In this document: positions 43,397 to 55,448 of the stretch, in pieces | How the letters are laid out: every line of letters begins with the position of its first letter | How positions within the stretch are numbered: the stretch's first letter is position 1 | Source of the DNA: an uncultured Chloroflexia bacterium | GTDB lineage: Bacteria > Chloroflexota > UBA6077 > JACCZL01 | DNA length: 64,000 bases | Reading direction: 5' to 3' | NCBI GenBank assembly: GCA_963765765.1 | Contig: CAVXYC010000023.1 | Span: forward strand, 320,001-384,000 | The notes under the pieces: model-generated | Databases searched by the model: none | Told to the model about the DNA's origin: nothing | Seen by the model: only the letters and a program-made list of their open reading frames with translations | Program-made: the position numbers and the translations under genes

Positions 43397-44392
43397 CTAG
43401 TTCGTGAATTCCTGGGAGAACATAGTCCCACGGAAATCACTGCGGATAGCGCCGATGCCTACCTTCCCGAACTCAGGCCTCAGGATGTTTGCCCGGTGGC
43501 CGGGACTGTTCATTAGTCCCTCGTGAGCGACCTGCACGGTAGGAGCGTAAGCCAGGTTTTCACCGGCCGCCAGGAAGCGGATGCCAGCCTTGCGCATGCG
43601 ATCAAACGGGCTGCCCGTGTTCGGAGAAATGTGCGCGAAATAATTCTGTTCAAACATCTCCTGGCTGTGAGCGCGGGCAACGGCCTGTAGCGACTCGTCC
43701 GCTTGCAACGGGCGTAACCCTGCTTGCTCGCGCTCTTGATTCACCAACACCAGCATGCGTGCCTCGGCAACGGGGTCCGGAGCTAGATTGCCCACTGCTC
43801 CGAAGTTAATTTTCTGGCCTTCGTCCGTCTGCGGCGGTGACAGATAGGTCAAGCTATCAGTAATGTCGCGACCCAACAGCTCCTCGACGCGCGGCCCTTG
43901 TTCCACTGCAGTCCGCGCGAGGACGGATGCGATCGTGGATTGTTCGATTGCGGCTGAGACGGGCGGAACCAGGGGGAAGAGCGCAAATGGCAACAAGAAT
44001 ATGGAGGTGAACGCGAGTCCCTTGATCAACCCCGGAACTGCGCCGAGCAGCCGATTCATCCAGCTAATGTCGTCGAATGCGGACCACACCTGCGAGGTCA
44101 ATCGGAAGAGCGTCCCGATCAGCAGCGAGTAAACAGCCTGTGCCAGCAGGATCAGGAGAATCACGGCCGCTCCGTTGACCAGTGATCTGGGAAACGGCAG
44201 ATACCTTATAAGCCAATCGGTAGCTAAGGGGTGGTAGGCAAGCGCAAAGGCGAATGCCGCCACGACGCCGATAAGGTCGATGAGTCCAAGGATGAGGCCG
44301 CGTCGAGTCCCGGAGATCATGAACATCACCAGGACGCCGAGCACGCCCCAGTCGAGCCAATTGAGCTGCTCGATAGTCTGTCGGATATCCAC
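43397..44392 (-). CDS. CvpA family membrane domain fused to a CAP/SCP domain
   Basis: NWLD...G.RRGL, NRLLGAVPG; VNQER, ARAHS.EM, GENLA, MNSPGHRANIL. Confidence 0.88.
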   Translation of the reverse strand: MDIRQTIEQLNWLDWGVLGVLVMFMISGTRRGLILGLIDLIGVVAAFAFALAYHPLATDWLIRYLPFPRSLVNGAAVILLILLAQAVYSLLIGTLFRLTSQVWSAFDDISWMNRLLGAVPGLIKGLAFTSIFLLPFALFPLVPPVSAAIEQSTIASVLARTAVEQGPRVEELLGRDITDSLTYLSPPQTDEGQKINFGAVGNLAPDPVAEARMLVLVNQEREQAGLRPLQADESLQAVARAHSQEMFEQNYFAHISPNTGSPFDRMRKAGIRFLAAGENLAYAPTVQVAHEGLMNSPGHRANILRPEFGKVGIGAIRSDFRGTMFSQEFTN

Positions 44393-44530
44393 AATGGAAT
44401 TATCGCGGTTCGATGTCCAATCGCTCGGCTTTTTCCGCGCATGTGATGGCCCGGAGTGGGGCCTGCTCGGGACATCACTTTTGAATTGACCGAACGTTCC
44501 CATTGGTGTGCAACGTGCCCTGAGACAAAC

Positions 44531-44700
44531 GTGGCCTTGGTCATTCGCGCTTCGCTCTTGCCGTTGCTTCTGTTTGCCAGCGCAGGACTGCTAGCGCTCC
44601 TTACCCTCGTTCAGGTATCTCGCTCAGTCATGTTGCTCTTAACTCCGCTGGAGGGGATGTACGGGGAAGCCATTATTCATGACCAAGTTAGAGCGATAGC
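44531..44700 (+). pseudogene. N-terminal remnant of a GT-C/ArnT-like membrane glycosyltransferase
   Basis: TM helix then PLEGMYGEAIIHDQ; similarity breaks off afterwards. Confidence 0.3.
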
Positions 44701-44970
44701 GTACAGGCATTCATTCGTTTCTGCCATATGGTCATTGCCTGAATGCCCGGGGGTTGGGCGGGACGCTTTGTCGGGCTTGGAAGAAAAGCTTTAGAGACTC
44801 AATCTTCTTCAAATGATCGGTCCTGCTCATCGGTATGTAGAGGACGGAGGACGGAGTAAGATTCCTAGCGTGCTTAGCGTCTTGCAGCGCCATCCTTGTC
44901 CTTCAAGCGTTCGTCAGCAATTCGTTGTTGTGGAATTTCGGATTGGCGAAACCGTATCCGCGGTCAAGAA

Positions 44971-45886
44971 ATGACGGACGTGTCCAGTCAACCTGAGGGA
45001 CGCGCGGCATCCGAAAATGACAGCCCATTGCCGCTCGTCTCCATCGTGACGCCTTCCTTCAATCAGGCACGATTTCTCGGAAGTACCCTCGAGAGCGTGG
45101 CGATGCAACGCTATCCGCGGTTGGAGCACATCGTGGTGGATGGCGGATCTACTGATGGCTCAGTCGAGATTCTTAAGGCGTTTTCGGCGTCGCATCCGCA
45201 CCTGAAATGGGTATCCGGGCCGGACGGCGGCCAGGCCGACGCCCTAAACCGCGGGTTTGGAATGGCAAAGGGTGAGATCCTCGGATGGCTCAATTCCGAC
45301 GATCTTTACTGCGTTGACGCCATTCCGATCGCTGTGCACTCACTGACGCAAAATCCTGAGCTGGATATGGTGTACGGCGATGCCTGGCTTATCGATGAGC
45401 GTGGGCGCATACGGCGGCCGTGGGATTTCATCGAGGATTTCGACGCTCGCCGTCTGCGAACGGTGAAGGATTACATTTGCCAGCCGGCCGCGTTCATTCG
45501 TCGCCGCGTGCTTGACTCGGTGGGCCAGCTCGATACTTCACTGCATTGGGCGATGGACTGGGATTTCTGGATCCGCATCGCGCAGCGTGGTCAGGTGCGC
45601 CGCATTCCGGGATTCCTCGCGTGCGCGCGCGACTATGCGGACACCAAAACCGCTGGTGGCGGATTCCCACGCCTTCGTGAGGCGATGATGCTGATGCGCC
45701 GCCATAACGGCGGCCGAGTTCCGCCCGCGATGCTGATCTACTTCACGCGCGGCGTGGTGCTGGACGCGATTCGCTGGAAGCTACGCGCGCTGCCCGTGAC
45801 CCGCGACGTGCTACGTTGGAACGACGAGCGGCGTGCTCGACGGTTCCAGGAGTCGTCGATCACGCCCAGTTGGCAATACATACTGA
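44971..45886 (+). CDS. Glycosyltransferase family 2 (3' end uncertain)
   Basis: VSIVTPSFNQ, VDGGSTDGS, WLNSDD, DWDFW. Confidence 0.85.
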
Positions 45887-46009
45887 GAAGATTCTCGCAT
45901 CAGGAAGAGCTCGCTTGCCGTTTGTTGGTTAGTCCCATGCAGACAGGATCGGCGAGTCGCGCTCGCCCCGGGTCAGCTCGTAATTTGAATTGGGCTGACT
46001 TATGGACTT

Positions 46010-46489
46010 TGACTCGAGTGTTCGCCCTCTCGGCCTCCGCGTCTGACACTGTACTACGAGGCGACCAGCTACTTGGCCTGCGAAGGCTTCAGGATTACGA
46101 CCTTTCGCTGATCCGCGCCCGGATGATCGCCACGGAGGTATTGTCAGCGACGCTGGTGGACGATGCTATCCTCGAGTTTCGCCGATATCTGGCAGTCCGC
46201 CTTGTGGTCGGCCGACCTGTAAGCATGCTCGAGCCGGCCAGTCGATAGTGTGTGGCATACGTGCTTGCTCTTCACTCGACTCTACGCTGACCTGTGCAAA
46301 TCAGTGTTCGAGGAGTTTATCCATCACGACCCCGGCACGGAAACGCTGGACCCGTGTTCGGTTCGGTCCATCATCGGGCCAGGACCCAGAATAGCAGGAA
46401 GCTCTCGGGACGGGAGTACCCGCATGCCAACGACCGGCCAGCATCGCAGCCACTCGAGCATCTTGCGGCAAACGAGGTTCGGAGCTTAA
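46010..46489 (+). CDS. GRDP/DUF1399-like domain protein; frameshifted, boundaries uncertain
   Basis: AILEFRRYLA followed in another frame by VWHTCLLFTRLYADLC..VF..FIHHDP. Confidence 0.5.
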
Positions 46490-46766
46490 GACCCTCGTGA
46501 CAAAGCAGTCGCGGGCGCGCTCGTCCGGAAAATCTGGGAACCTGTCGTCTCGATTTCGCTTCGACGCTGCTTGCGACGAGGTCATCCGGTTTGCTGGAAG
46601 CCCGGGACTGGCCACGTCAGCTATTAACGAGGCCGGATTCATTGTGTTAATTCGGTCGAACCGTCCTAAGGTCGGCTTGTTTCGACCGAATCGCCGCGCG
46701 TCGGTTTGAAGGGCCAGCGGCCACCTCATCGCAGGATCAGCCACCTCTGGGTGAGGGAATGCAGGA

Positions 46767-47841
46767 TCACCTGGTCGAGGAGCTAGCATCTATTTTATCC
46801 GCGGCGAGAGTGACGCCGAATCGATCCGAAACGGCCTTAAGCCTGCTCCAGGTCGTGTCGTCAATCGGGACACCGTCGCGTGAGCGAGTTTGGGAGACGC
46901 GATACTCGATCTCGCCGGGGTAGAGGACTTCCTTGAAGCCTTCCTGCGTTGGGGTGTCCTTTAGGTACTTCGCAAAGGCGTCCACTTCGGACTTGAAATC
47001 GCCACCTTCACGGAAGGCATCGGGATTCATGACAAGCATGAACACGCCATCGTTGTGGCGGCCCTGGAGATCGATGCCGAAGCCGAGTCCCGGCAGAATG
47101 GCGGCCAGCGTCTCCACGGCAAACGATAGGCCGTAGCCTTTATGTCCCTCGGGGCCGCCCAGCGGCAGCATCACGCCGCCCTTTTTCTGCGCCTCCGGGT
47201 CCGTACTGGGCTTGCCATCTTTGTCCAGCAGCCAGCCCAGCGGGACGGGCTTGCCCTGAGCGCGAGCCACATCAAGCTTTCCGTTGGCCACCGCGCTCGT
47301 GGCCATGTCAATGAAGACTGGTCCAGGCAGGTTACTGGGAAACGCGATACAGATGGGGTTGGTGCCGAGCCTCGGTTCCCGACCGCCGAACGGGGCGACC
47401 ATCTTAGGCGATTGACCCGAGTCGGCCATCATCATGCTGATAAAGCCCTCCGCCGTGGCCATAGTCGGGTAGACCGGCTACACGGCCGACGTGGCTTTGT
47501 TCTCGAATACTGCCCACGGCGACCTGCGACGTGCGCGCCTTCTCGATGAGCTTCCGCATGGTCCATTCTGAGATGTGTGGCCCAAAGCCCCACTGGCCGT
47601 TTACGAACAGCGTTGTGGGCGTCTCCTTGACCACCACTGGATCCATCGTCGGCTTGATGTGACCCTTATCGATGCGATCGACATAGGTGGGCAAAAGCTG
47701 CACGCCATGGGAATCGTGCCCCACGAGGTTGGCGGTCACCTGGTGCCGGGCGACAGTTTGAGCTATTGGGGTGGGCGTCCCTGCAGCCTCATAGACCTCG
47801 CGCGCAAAAACGGTCAGTGCATCGACGGTGATGGTGGGCAT
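46767..47841 (-). CDS. Ldh_2 family (type 2 malate/lactate dehydrogenase-like) oxidoreductase; frameshift near 47470
   Basis: GHDSHG, HVGR, LGTNPI, DMATS, GHKGYGL, PGE. Confidence 0.9.
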
Positions 47842-47970
47842 GAGAGGCCTCCCCGACAGTGAAGAATTAATTAAGAGTGCAGAGTGAAGGATTGCGTTCA
47901 AGGCGATAGCAGTATAGCCAGAGTCTTAGGAGGGCGCTCCCAGAGCTGCTATCTCAAAATGGCGCAGTGA

Positions 47971-49025
47971 TCAGAATCGCGGCATGACCTCTTCGGCGAA
48001 CATCCGCAGGCTACGCTCCGAGATCTCGTAGCTGAGATCTCCCCAGAGTATTGAAAGGCTCGGTTCGATGTCGCCGAAAAGATCGACCATCTGTCGAACC
48101 TGCTGGATGACGCTGGCGGGACTACCAATGAGGGCGCGGCCCTCTCGCATGACTCGCTCGATCGTCATGGTATCAAGCTGGGCGATGACCTGGTCATAGC
48201 CAGGGTAGTCGCTTGACGATCGGCCGGCCCAGGCGGCGGCGCTCTCTCGGAACACCTCGATGTATTGGTGCATCGGCCCCGTCGCCTCGGCCACTGCCTG
48301 TTCGTCGGTTTCGGCCACGTGGAGATGAAGTGACATCTGGACGGATGGAATGGGGACATCTGGGTGGTGAGCGGCGAAGGTCTCGCGATAGTGCTGGATC
48401 TTCGCCTGGAGGTCCTCGAACTTCGAGAGATACGGCACCACCATGAGGCCATAGCCCTGACGACCCGGTCCACTCAAAGCTGGCCGGACTTCCGATGGCG
48501 GCAACCATCATCGGCGGATGCGGTCGTTGCACCGGACGCGGCGAGCTGGTGACTGGACCGAATCGATAGAACGCGTCCTGGAACACCACATCGCTCTCAG
48601 TCCAGAGACGCCGAACAGCTTCCAGACCACCCTCGAAGCGCGCGCGGCTCTCGTCCATGCTTCGCTCGAACGCCTCGAACTCCTCGGGCAAGAACGCCCG
48701 GGCAAAGTCCGACCGTGAGTCGGCCACCGGAGATGGCGTCGAGCATAGCTAGCTCTCCGGCGAGCTTGATCGGGTGGTTAAAGATCGGGATGACGGCGCC
48801 GGTAACGAGTCGGATCCGCTTCGTCCGAGCAGCGGCAGCGGAGAGGAAGACAATCGGGTTGGGCGTCATTCCGCCGTACGGGCGGAAGTAATGCTCCACT
48901 GTCCGAACGTGGCTGTAGCCCCATTCGTCCGCGAGCGTGCACAGCCGTAGCGCCTCGTCGAAATACTGCGCGGCTGATTTCTGTTCTTGCCGCACGGAGG
49001 AGAAGAAGTTAATTCCGAACTGCAT
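47971..49025 (-). CDS. LLM-class flavin-dependent oxidoreductase; two frameshifts
   Basis: EHYF..YGG..PNP, RTKRIRL, LDAISGGRL, PRPVQRPHPP, FAEEVMP. Confidence 0.88.
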
Positions 49026-49028
49026 GAC

Positions 49029-49097
49029 AGTTACAAGTGATGAGTTAGGAGTGATGAGCGAGACAGATTGCTACTCATCACTCATTACTGATCACTC
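49029..49097. repeat. Inverted arrays of degenerate heptamers (AGTGATG)
   Basis: AGTTACA AGTGATG AGTTAGG AGTGATG...CTCATCA CTCATTA CTGATCA CTC. Confidence 0.6.
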
Positions 49098-49099
49098 GC

Positions 49100-49897
49100 C
49101 TAGACTCGCGCGCCGCCATGCGCGTCGATGACGGTGCCGGTGATGTATCCACCGTAGTCAGAGACGAGCCAGAGCACCGTGCCGGCGTGCTCCTCGGGCG
49201 TGCCGAGTCGCTTCATGACTGCGCGGTTGGCAACGGTGGCCGTGGCCGCCGATTCCCCCCAGCGTTGACGATGCGGTGTCTCGATTCCGCCTACCGCGAT
49301 CGCATTTACCCGAATCTCGGGTCCCCATTCGTGTGCCATGGTCAGTGTCATGTTGATGACGCCAGCTTTGGCCGCGCCGTAGGCGGCAGAGTTGATACTG
49401 GCGCCGCGCCCAGCGATGGACGCGATGTTCACGATGGCGCCCTTTCCCTGCTTCTTCATGATGGGCTGAACTGCTTTGCTGCACAGGAACATGGTGCCCA
49501 CGTTGAGCTTGTACGCCTCCATGACGTCATTCAGGTCCAGGCTCATGAGCTCGCCGGCTTTGAACGTCTCGCCCCAGCTTCCGCCAACGACATTCACCAG
49601 GATATCGACTCGACCGAACGTGTCCATGGTTTGGCTGACGAGTCTGTCTACTTGCGCCGGGTCGCGCACGTCCGTCGTGACGCCAATGACGCGTGTGCCG
49701 AATTCGGCGATTTCTTCAACGGCGGGATCCACAGGCAGGTGCGGGCGCTCCTTGCCAAATGTGACGGCTTCAGGCTCCCGCGCGGCGATGGCGATGTCCG
49801 CACCGGCTTGTGCTAGCGCAAGCGCCACGGCCTTTCCCAGGCCCTGCGAACCACCAGTGACGATAGCGACGCGATCGGAAAGGTCAAACTTCTGCAT
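49100..49897 (-). CDS. SDR oxidoreductase
   Basis: TGGSQGLG, YGAAK, HGG. Confidence 0.92.
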   Translation of the reverse strand: MQKFDLSDRVAIVTGGSQGLGKAVALALAQAGADIAIAAREPEAVTFGKERPHLPVDPAVEEIAEFGTRVIGVTTDVRDPAQVDRLVSQTMDTFGRVDILVNVVGGSWGETFKAGELMSLDLNDVMEAYKLNVGTMFLCSKAVQPIMKKQGKGAIVNIASIAGRGASINSAAYGAAKAGVINMTLTMAHEWGPEIRVNAIAVGGIETPHRQRWGESAATATVANRAVMKRLGTPEEHAGTVLWLVSDYGGYITGTVIDAHGGARV

Positions 49898-49984
49898 TGA
49901 AGCCTCCTGTTGCTTTTGGCAGGGACATGGGACCAGAGTGCCGTCAGGGTTGTCCCGATATCCCCGGCAGCTGGCGCCACGAGC

Positions 49985-50296
49985 TTAGTCAGGAATTTCG
50001 AGGTTCACCAGAGGGCCGTGCTGCTGCCCGCCGAAGACGTCCGTATCGGCGAGATCACCGGATGGGACGGGCCGCGGGATGGATGCTTTCAATGCCAGTG
50101 CACTATCGTGCTCGATGAACAACACATCATGCTCTGGAACGCCGTACGTCTCGGCGAACAACCGGGGATTAAGCACTCTGCTCCGCTTGACGCGCTCGTA
50201 CGTGGCGGTATCACCGAAGAGGATATCGAAGGTGAGTGTCCAGGGCCCCGCGTTTTTGGATCGTACGAGCTGAGCAAGCTCTCCAAGCGTGGCCAT
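49985..50296 (-). CDS. DUF4387-like small partner of the AtuA-like protein
   Basis: RSKNAGP..LTFDI...DVFGGQQH. Confidence 0.8.
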   Translation of the reverse strand: MATLGELAQLVRSKNAGPWTLTFDILFGDTATYERVKRSRVLNPRLFAETYGVPEHDVLFIEHDSALALKASIPRPVPSGDLADTDVFGGQQHGPLVNLEIPD

Positions 50297-51695
50297 CAAC
50301 GGGCTCCCGCGAGCGCCGGCGAGCCGATTTCGATCATCTCGACCTGGAATGGCTCCAGAGGATCATCAAGCTCCAGCACGTGATTCATGCTGAAACGGTA
50401 GACCGGGCCGGCATCCATCTCGGGTGGGGAGTATGGAAAAGCGAAGTTGCTGATGAGCCCGTGCCATTCGGGGATGGGGTGATGAAGTCCTGTGTGGCCG
50501 GCGATGGTCAGAACGTCCCGCGCCTTGTCAGCGGTGGCGGCGATCACCTCCACAACCAGGCCAACTTCGTGGCCCGTGATGCTGGGCGTGGGTTCGAGCG
50601 GGCCCATGCTGCCATCCTTGCCGTAAATGCGATACGACATTTGATAATCACGATCGAGATCGAGGCCCAGGCTCGCGGTGACCTTTTCCGCGATTCGACC
50701 CCGCAGGCCAGCCAGCCACGGGTCAAGCTGTCGCAGCACCATGGGATCGCGGATGCCCGGCGATGAGCGAGAACCGATGGCCAAGGTACTCGGTGGCCTC
50801 CAGTCGAACCGTGTAGCGTTCCGCATGCTCGAAGCGGCTTCCGCGTACGCGCACCGCACGCTCACTACTTGGCTCATATGTGGCCGAGCGCGTATCAAGC
50901 GTGCCGGACGGCTCCACCAGGCGATAGGGATCCGCGTTCTCGTAGAGCGTGTGCGCGACGACGCTCGTCGGGCGTGCAGCGCATGCCCGGATGGGGCGGC
51001 TCCACGACGAACTCATCGTCGCGAATCCAGGCCATGAGGCAGTCGGGATGCAGACGCTGCTCCACACTGGCCGCTCCGCACTCCAGGATCTTCGCCGCGT
51101 GCCAGACAGGTCCCGGGGCAAGCCCCTCCAACAGCGGCAGGGCGGCATAGATCGACGTATCACTCGATCGCCCGGCGACGATCACCTCGGCGCCCGCCTG
51201 CAGCGCGGCCATGAACGGCTCCGCCCCCATCTGTCCCACAACTCGGGTCGCCCGCTCAATGGTCGAAGCGTCGATCTCGGGCGCCGGATGGAGCGGCTTG
51301 ATGCGCTGGGCTCGGAGGTTGTTCAGGAGATACGACTTGTCGATCTCGGCGTGGATCAGCGCCATGCGGAAGCTGAGCCCTTCTTCCCGAGCGATCTCCT
51401 CGACGATCTGGCGGGTGAACTGCAGGTGCGGCTCGCCACCGGATGTGCCGGCCGATCCGACAATGACCGGGATGCCAGCCGCGCGGCCGGCCTTGATCAG
51501 CAGACGTAGGTCGCGTTTGGTGGCGCCGTGCGAGGCCTGCGTCCTGCCGCTGCCCAGGTAGAACGGCCCCCAGTCCGAGGAGCCGGCGTCCACGCCGATG
51601 AAGTGCGGCTCCCACTCCATGGCGCGGTCCAATGATTCGGCCGAATAACCCGTGCCCAGCATTCCGGTTGCCGAGAGCGCCCGTATCTCGCGCAT
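50296..51695 (-). CDS. Acyclic terpene utilization AtuA (DUF1446) family protein; frameshifts
   Basis: DAGSSD.GPFYLG, GQMGAEP, WHAAKILECG, AHTLYENADP, YRFSMNH. Confidence 0.85.
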
Positions 51696-51892
51696 GCGTC
51701 CGTTCCTCCGTGGAGTTGAGCAGCATAGCATCCCACGAACGGGAGGGAAAGTCACCAGCGAAGGCAACGACCAGGAGCATCAGCGGACGACCGCGTGTCC
51801 CTTCCGTTCTCTCGATGACCCGGGTTCCTATAGCTCCTCCCTGTTGACGCCCGCGTCCTGGCGTGGCACCCTTGCGCAAGCGGGGGAGGTCC

Positions 51893-53264
51893 ATGAGCGT
51901 CTCCAATCAGCGACAGATGACCATGGTGGCGTTCTTGCAGGCGCAGAACTGCTCCAATTTCCCGGGCTCGTGGCGCCATGCGGAGAGCGGGCCGGACTTC
52001 ATGACCGCCGGACTACTATCAGCGCATCGCCCAGGTGCTCGAGGCCGGCAAGTTCGACATGGCCTTCTTCGACGATCGCCTGGCGATGCCGGACCGCTAT
52101 GGCGACGACTTCGTCGAGTCGGTCCGTAATGGCGTGCGGGTGGTGAAGATGGACCTCATCCCGCTCATGACGGCGATGGGGCTGGCCAGCGAGCGCCTCG
52201 GCATCGGCGGCACGTACTCCACCACCTATTACCAGCCGTTTCACGTGGCACGGACGTTCGCCACCCTCGATCACATGCTCGGCGGTCGAGTGGCCTGGAA
52301 CGTGGTGACGTCGCTCAACGACTCCGAGGCCGCGAATTTCGGCCAGGTCAGCCACCTCGAGCACGACCTCCGCTATGACCTCGCGGACGAGTTTATGGAG
52401 GCGGTCCTGGGTCACTGGGATACCTGGGAGGACGACGCGATCGTGTTCGACAAGGAGCACGACGTGTTCGCGGACCCGAGCAAGGTGCACCGCCTGGACT
52501 ATGAGGGGCGCTGGATTCGCAGTCGCGGCCCGTTCACCGTGCCGCGCACGCCGCAGGGACGGCCAGTGATCATCCAGGCGGGCCAGAGCGGCCGCGGGCG
52601 GCGATTCGCGGCGCGCTGGGCCGAGCTGATGTTCGTGATCTTCCCGAACAAGGAATACGGCCAGCGGGAGTACAGGGAAGTCAAGGCAGCCATCGCCGAG
52701 ACGCGGCCGCGATCCCGCCCAGGTCAAGCTGCTGCCGGCGGTGTACTGCATCACCGGCGAGACGCACACCATCGCCGAGGAGAAGCACGCCTACATCGAG
52801 CAGCTCTTTCGCCCGATCGACGCTCTGGCGCTGCTCTCCGAGGTGCTGAACTTCGATTTTGCCGTCAAGGGGCTGGACGAGGCCTGGTCGGACGAGGAGC
52901 TCGCCTCGATCAGTGGGCTGCAAGGTCTACGCGATCGGATCATGCGCATCTCCGGCAAGAGCAACCCCACGACGCGTGACTTCATCGATGTGAGTGGTCG
53001 CGGGACGCCGCATGACCACCCGGTGTTCGTCGGTACGCCGAAGGAAGTGGCCGATCAGCTCGAAGACTGGTTCGTGTCCGAAGCGTGCGACGGGTTCGTA
53101 CTGTCGGCCACGCACGTCCCCGGGGCATACGAGGATTTCGTGCGATTGATCGTTCCCGAGCTGCAGCGGCGAGGATATTCCGTACTGAATACCCTGGCAG
53201 GACCTTAAGGGATACACTCGGCTTGCCGAAGTCGACGCGTGGCGATTGGAAAGCCGGGGCCTAG
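51893..53264 (+). CDS. NtaA/DszA/SnaA-family LLM monooxygenase; frameshifts
   Basis: LEAGKFD..FFDD, GRVAWNVVTS, PQGRPVIIQAGQS, VPELQRRG. Confidence 0.88.
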
Positions 53265-53316
53265 CGGCGCTCCTCAGTGGGGTTCCGTTCCTCGGCTTAT
53301 CAACTCGGGGCGCACA

Positions 53317-54351
53317 TCACTCCATCGTTGGATCCAGGAGCACTTTCCCGAGGCTCGCCCGATTCACTCGGCGATGTGCCTCGGCGCCTCGCTTAACGGA
53401 AGGATAGAGCTCGATCCCTGCCGTGAGCCGTGGGGCGAGCTCCATCGCCCGATCGACGTCCTCGGGCCTGGTGCGAGTACCGCCAATTACTCGTAACCCC
53501 ATCCCGTAAAGCCGCCGCACATCCAGGCTCACGATTCCGCCGCCGTGCGCGCCCATTGTGACCAGTCGTCCGTTGCGAGCAAGACTGTTGAACGCGCTAG
53601 GCCAGAGTGTGGGGTCGCCGATGTTCTCGCAGACCACCTCAACGCCGGCTCCGTCAGTGAACCGCATCACCTCATCGGTTAAGTTGGCCGAGCGATAGTT
53701 CACGCCATACTGAGCGCCCCTCCTCATCGCCCAGGCTACGCGTTCGTCGGAGCCGGCGGCGGCGATGACGCGAGCGTCCATCATGCGGGCGATCTGGACG
53801 ACGAAGCTGCCCAGGGCGCCGGCCGCGCCCATAACCAGGACCCATTCTCGGGGCTGGAGCTGTGCATAGTGATTCAGCTGCGCCACGGCGGCCGGGCATC
53901 CCGGTAAATGACAGTGGCTTCGGGGAATGGCAGGTCCGCGGGCAGAGCTCGCAACGCCGCCTTTGGCAGGCTGACGAATTCGGCGTAGCCGCCCTGGCGG
54001 TGTATGCCCAGAACTTGAGTACGACTGCAGTTGGTGGGGCGGCCAGCAAGGCAAGCGGCGCATTGGCCACAGCGGATGGTGCTGGTAGCCGCGACTCGCT
54101 CGCCAACGTGTCGCGTCGTGACACCCTCGCCGATAGCGACGATCTCGCCGCTCGGATCGGCGCCGAGGATGATCGGCGGCGTCGCGCCGCGCGGGTCCTG
54201 GCCCGAGCGCACCATCAGATCGAACGAGCGGTTCACCGAGACCGCTCGCACGCGCAGCAGCACGTCGCCCGGCCCGGGCTCGCGGCGCGGGTACGTCCTC
54301 CAGTCGGAGTACGTCCGGCCCGCCGAATTCGCGCAGGACCACCGCTTTCAT
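53317..54351 (-). CDS. Zinc-binding MDR alcohol dehydrogenase/quinone oxidoreductase; frameshifts
   Basis: MKAVV...GGPDVL, CGQCAAC..G....C, GAAGALG, GKVLL. Confidence 0.85.
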   Translation of the reverse strand: MKAVVLREFGGPDVLRLEDVPAPRARAGRRAAARASGLGEPLVRSDGALGPGPARRDAADHPRRRSERRDRRYRRGCHDATRWRASRGYQHHPLWPMRRLPCWPPHQLQSYSSSGHTPPGRLRRIRQPAKGGVASSARGPAIPRSHCHLPGCPAAVAQLNHYAQLQPREWVLVMGAAGALGSFVVQIARMMDARVIAAAGSDERVAWAMRRGAQYGVNYRSANLTDEVMRFTDGAGVEVVCENIGDPTLWPSAFNSLARNGRLVTMGAHGGGIVSLDVRRLYGMGLRVIGGTRTRPEDVDRAMELAPRLTAGIELYPSVKRGAEAHRRVNRASLGKVLLDPTME

Positions 54352-54387
54352 CGAGCGCTCCGTGGAAGCGCTCCGTTTGGTAATGAG

Positions 54388-54403
54388 CGTTTCATGTGAA
54401 ACT
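54388..54403. promoter_or_regulatory. parS site 1 (left element junction)
   Basis: CGTTTCATGTGAAACT versus consensus TGTTTCACGTGAAACA. Confidence 0.7.
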
Positions 54404-54466
54404 ACTATATGCTTGAAACCCGTGACGGGTGCCGCATGCTGTCATCATACGGGTGATGTTGCGGTC

Positions 54467-55395
54467 AGGGCGGACGAACTGCATCTCAGCACGATAGCCC
54501 GGTACTTTGCGGACGAACAAAAGGCGTACAAGCTCCTCGAACGCATCCGCTGGCCCAACGGCCCGGGGTGCCCGCACTGCGGCACGGTGGACGAGACGTA
54601 CTACCTCGAACCCAAGGACGGCCCCGCACCACGCGCACCGGCAAGCAGACGTTCCGCCGCGTTTGGAAGTGCGCGCAGTGCCGCCAGCAGTTCTCCGTCA
54701 CCGTGGGGACGATCTTCGAGGAAAGCAAGATCCCGCTGGCCAAGTGGCTCATGGCGGTGCATCTGATGTGTGCCGGCAAGAACGGCGTGGCCGCGCTGGA
54801 ACTGAAGCGCACCCTCGCTATCAGTTTCAAGTCGGCCTGGTTCATGTGCCATCGCATCCGCAAGGCGATGGAGCGGGAGCCATTGGCCAGCAAGCTCGGC
54901 GGGATCGTGGAGGCCGACGAGACGTACATCGGCGGGGTCCGGAAGGTCACCAAGGCCGGACGCCCCGGCAAGGACTCCCACAAGACCGCCGTGGTGAGCC
55001 TGGTGGAGCGCGGCGGGGAAGTCCGCCCGCATGTGGTCAAAAATGTCAGCAGCTTGACGCTGCGCGATGTCATCACGGCGAATGTGGAGCCGAGCGCCAC
55101 GCTGATGACCGATTCATTCCACGCGTACGACCGGGTCGGGCGCACGATGGCCAAGCATGATAAGGTGGACCACGGCGCGGGCGAGTATGTGCGGAGCGAA
55201 GCCCACGTGCAGACCGCCGAGAGCTACTTCAGCCAGCTCAAGCGACCACTCGATGGCACGCAGCATCACGTGAGCAAGCAGCGTCTCGACCGCTACGTCT
55301 CGGAGTTCGACCACCGCTACAACACGCGGAAAATGAGCGACGGCAAGCGGACGGAACTGGCGATTCAGAAGGCCGCGGGCAAGCGGCTGGTATAG
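54467..55395 (+). CDS. IS1595-family DDE transposase; start uncertain, frameshift near 54625
   Basis: RWPNGPGCPHCG...WKCAQCRQQFSVTVGTIFE zinc ribbon, SAWFMCHRIR HTH, VEADETYIGG, LMTD, TAESYFSQLKR, RYVSEFDHRYN, GKRL. Confidence 0.92.
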
Positions 55396-55448
55396 AAGGA
55401 GCCAGTGACCGACTAGGCCCGGGCTCCTGAAAACGACGTATAATGTAG

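Noticed and set aside
44896-46248. Apparent GT2 fusion to a GRDP-like domain
   Set aside because: The linker looks non-coding and the second domain is itself split across frames; more likely two genes joined by an indel.
52237-52252. parS-like CGTTTCACGTGGCACG
   Set aside because: It has a mismatch at a conserved arm position and encodes the conserved PFHVAR of the monooxygenase.
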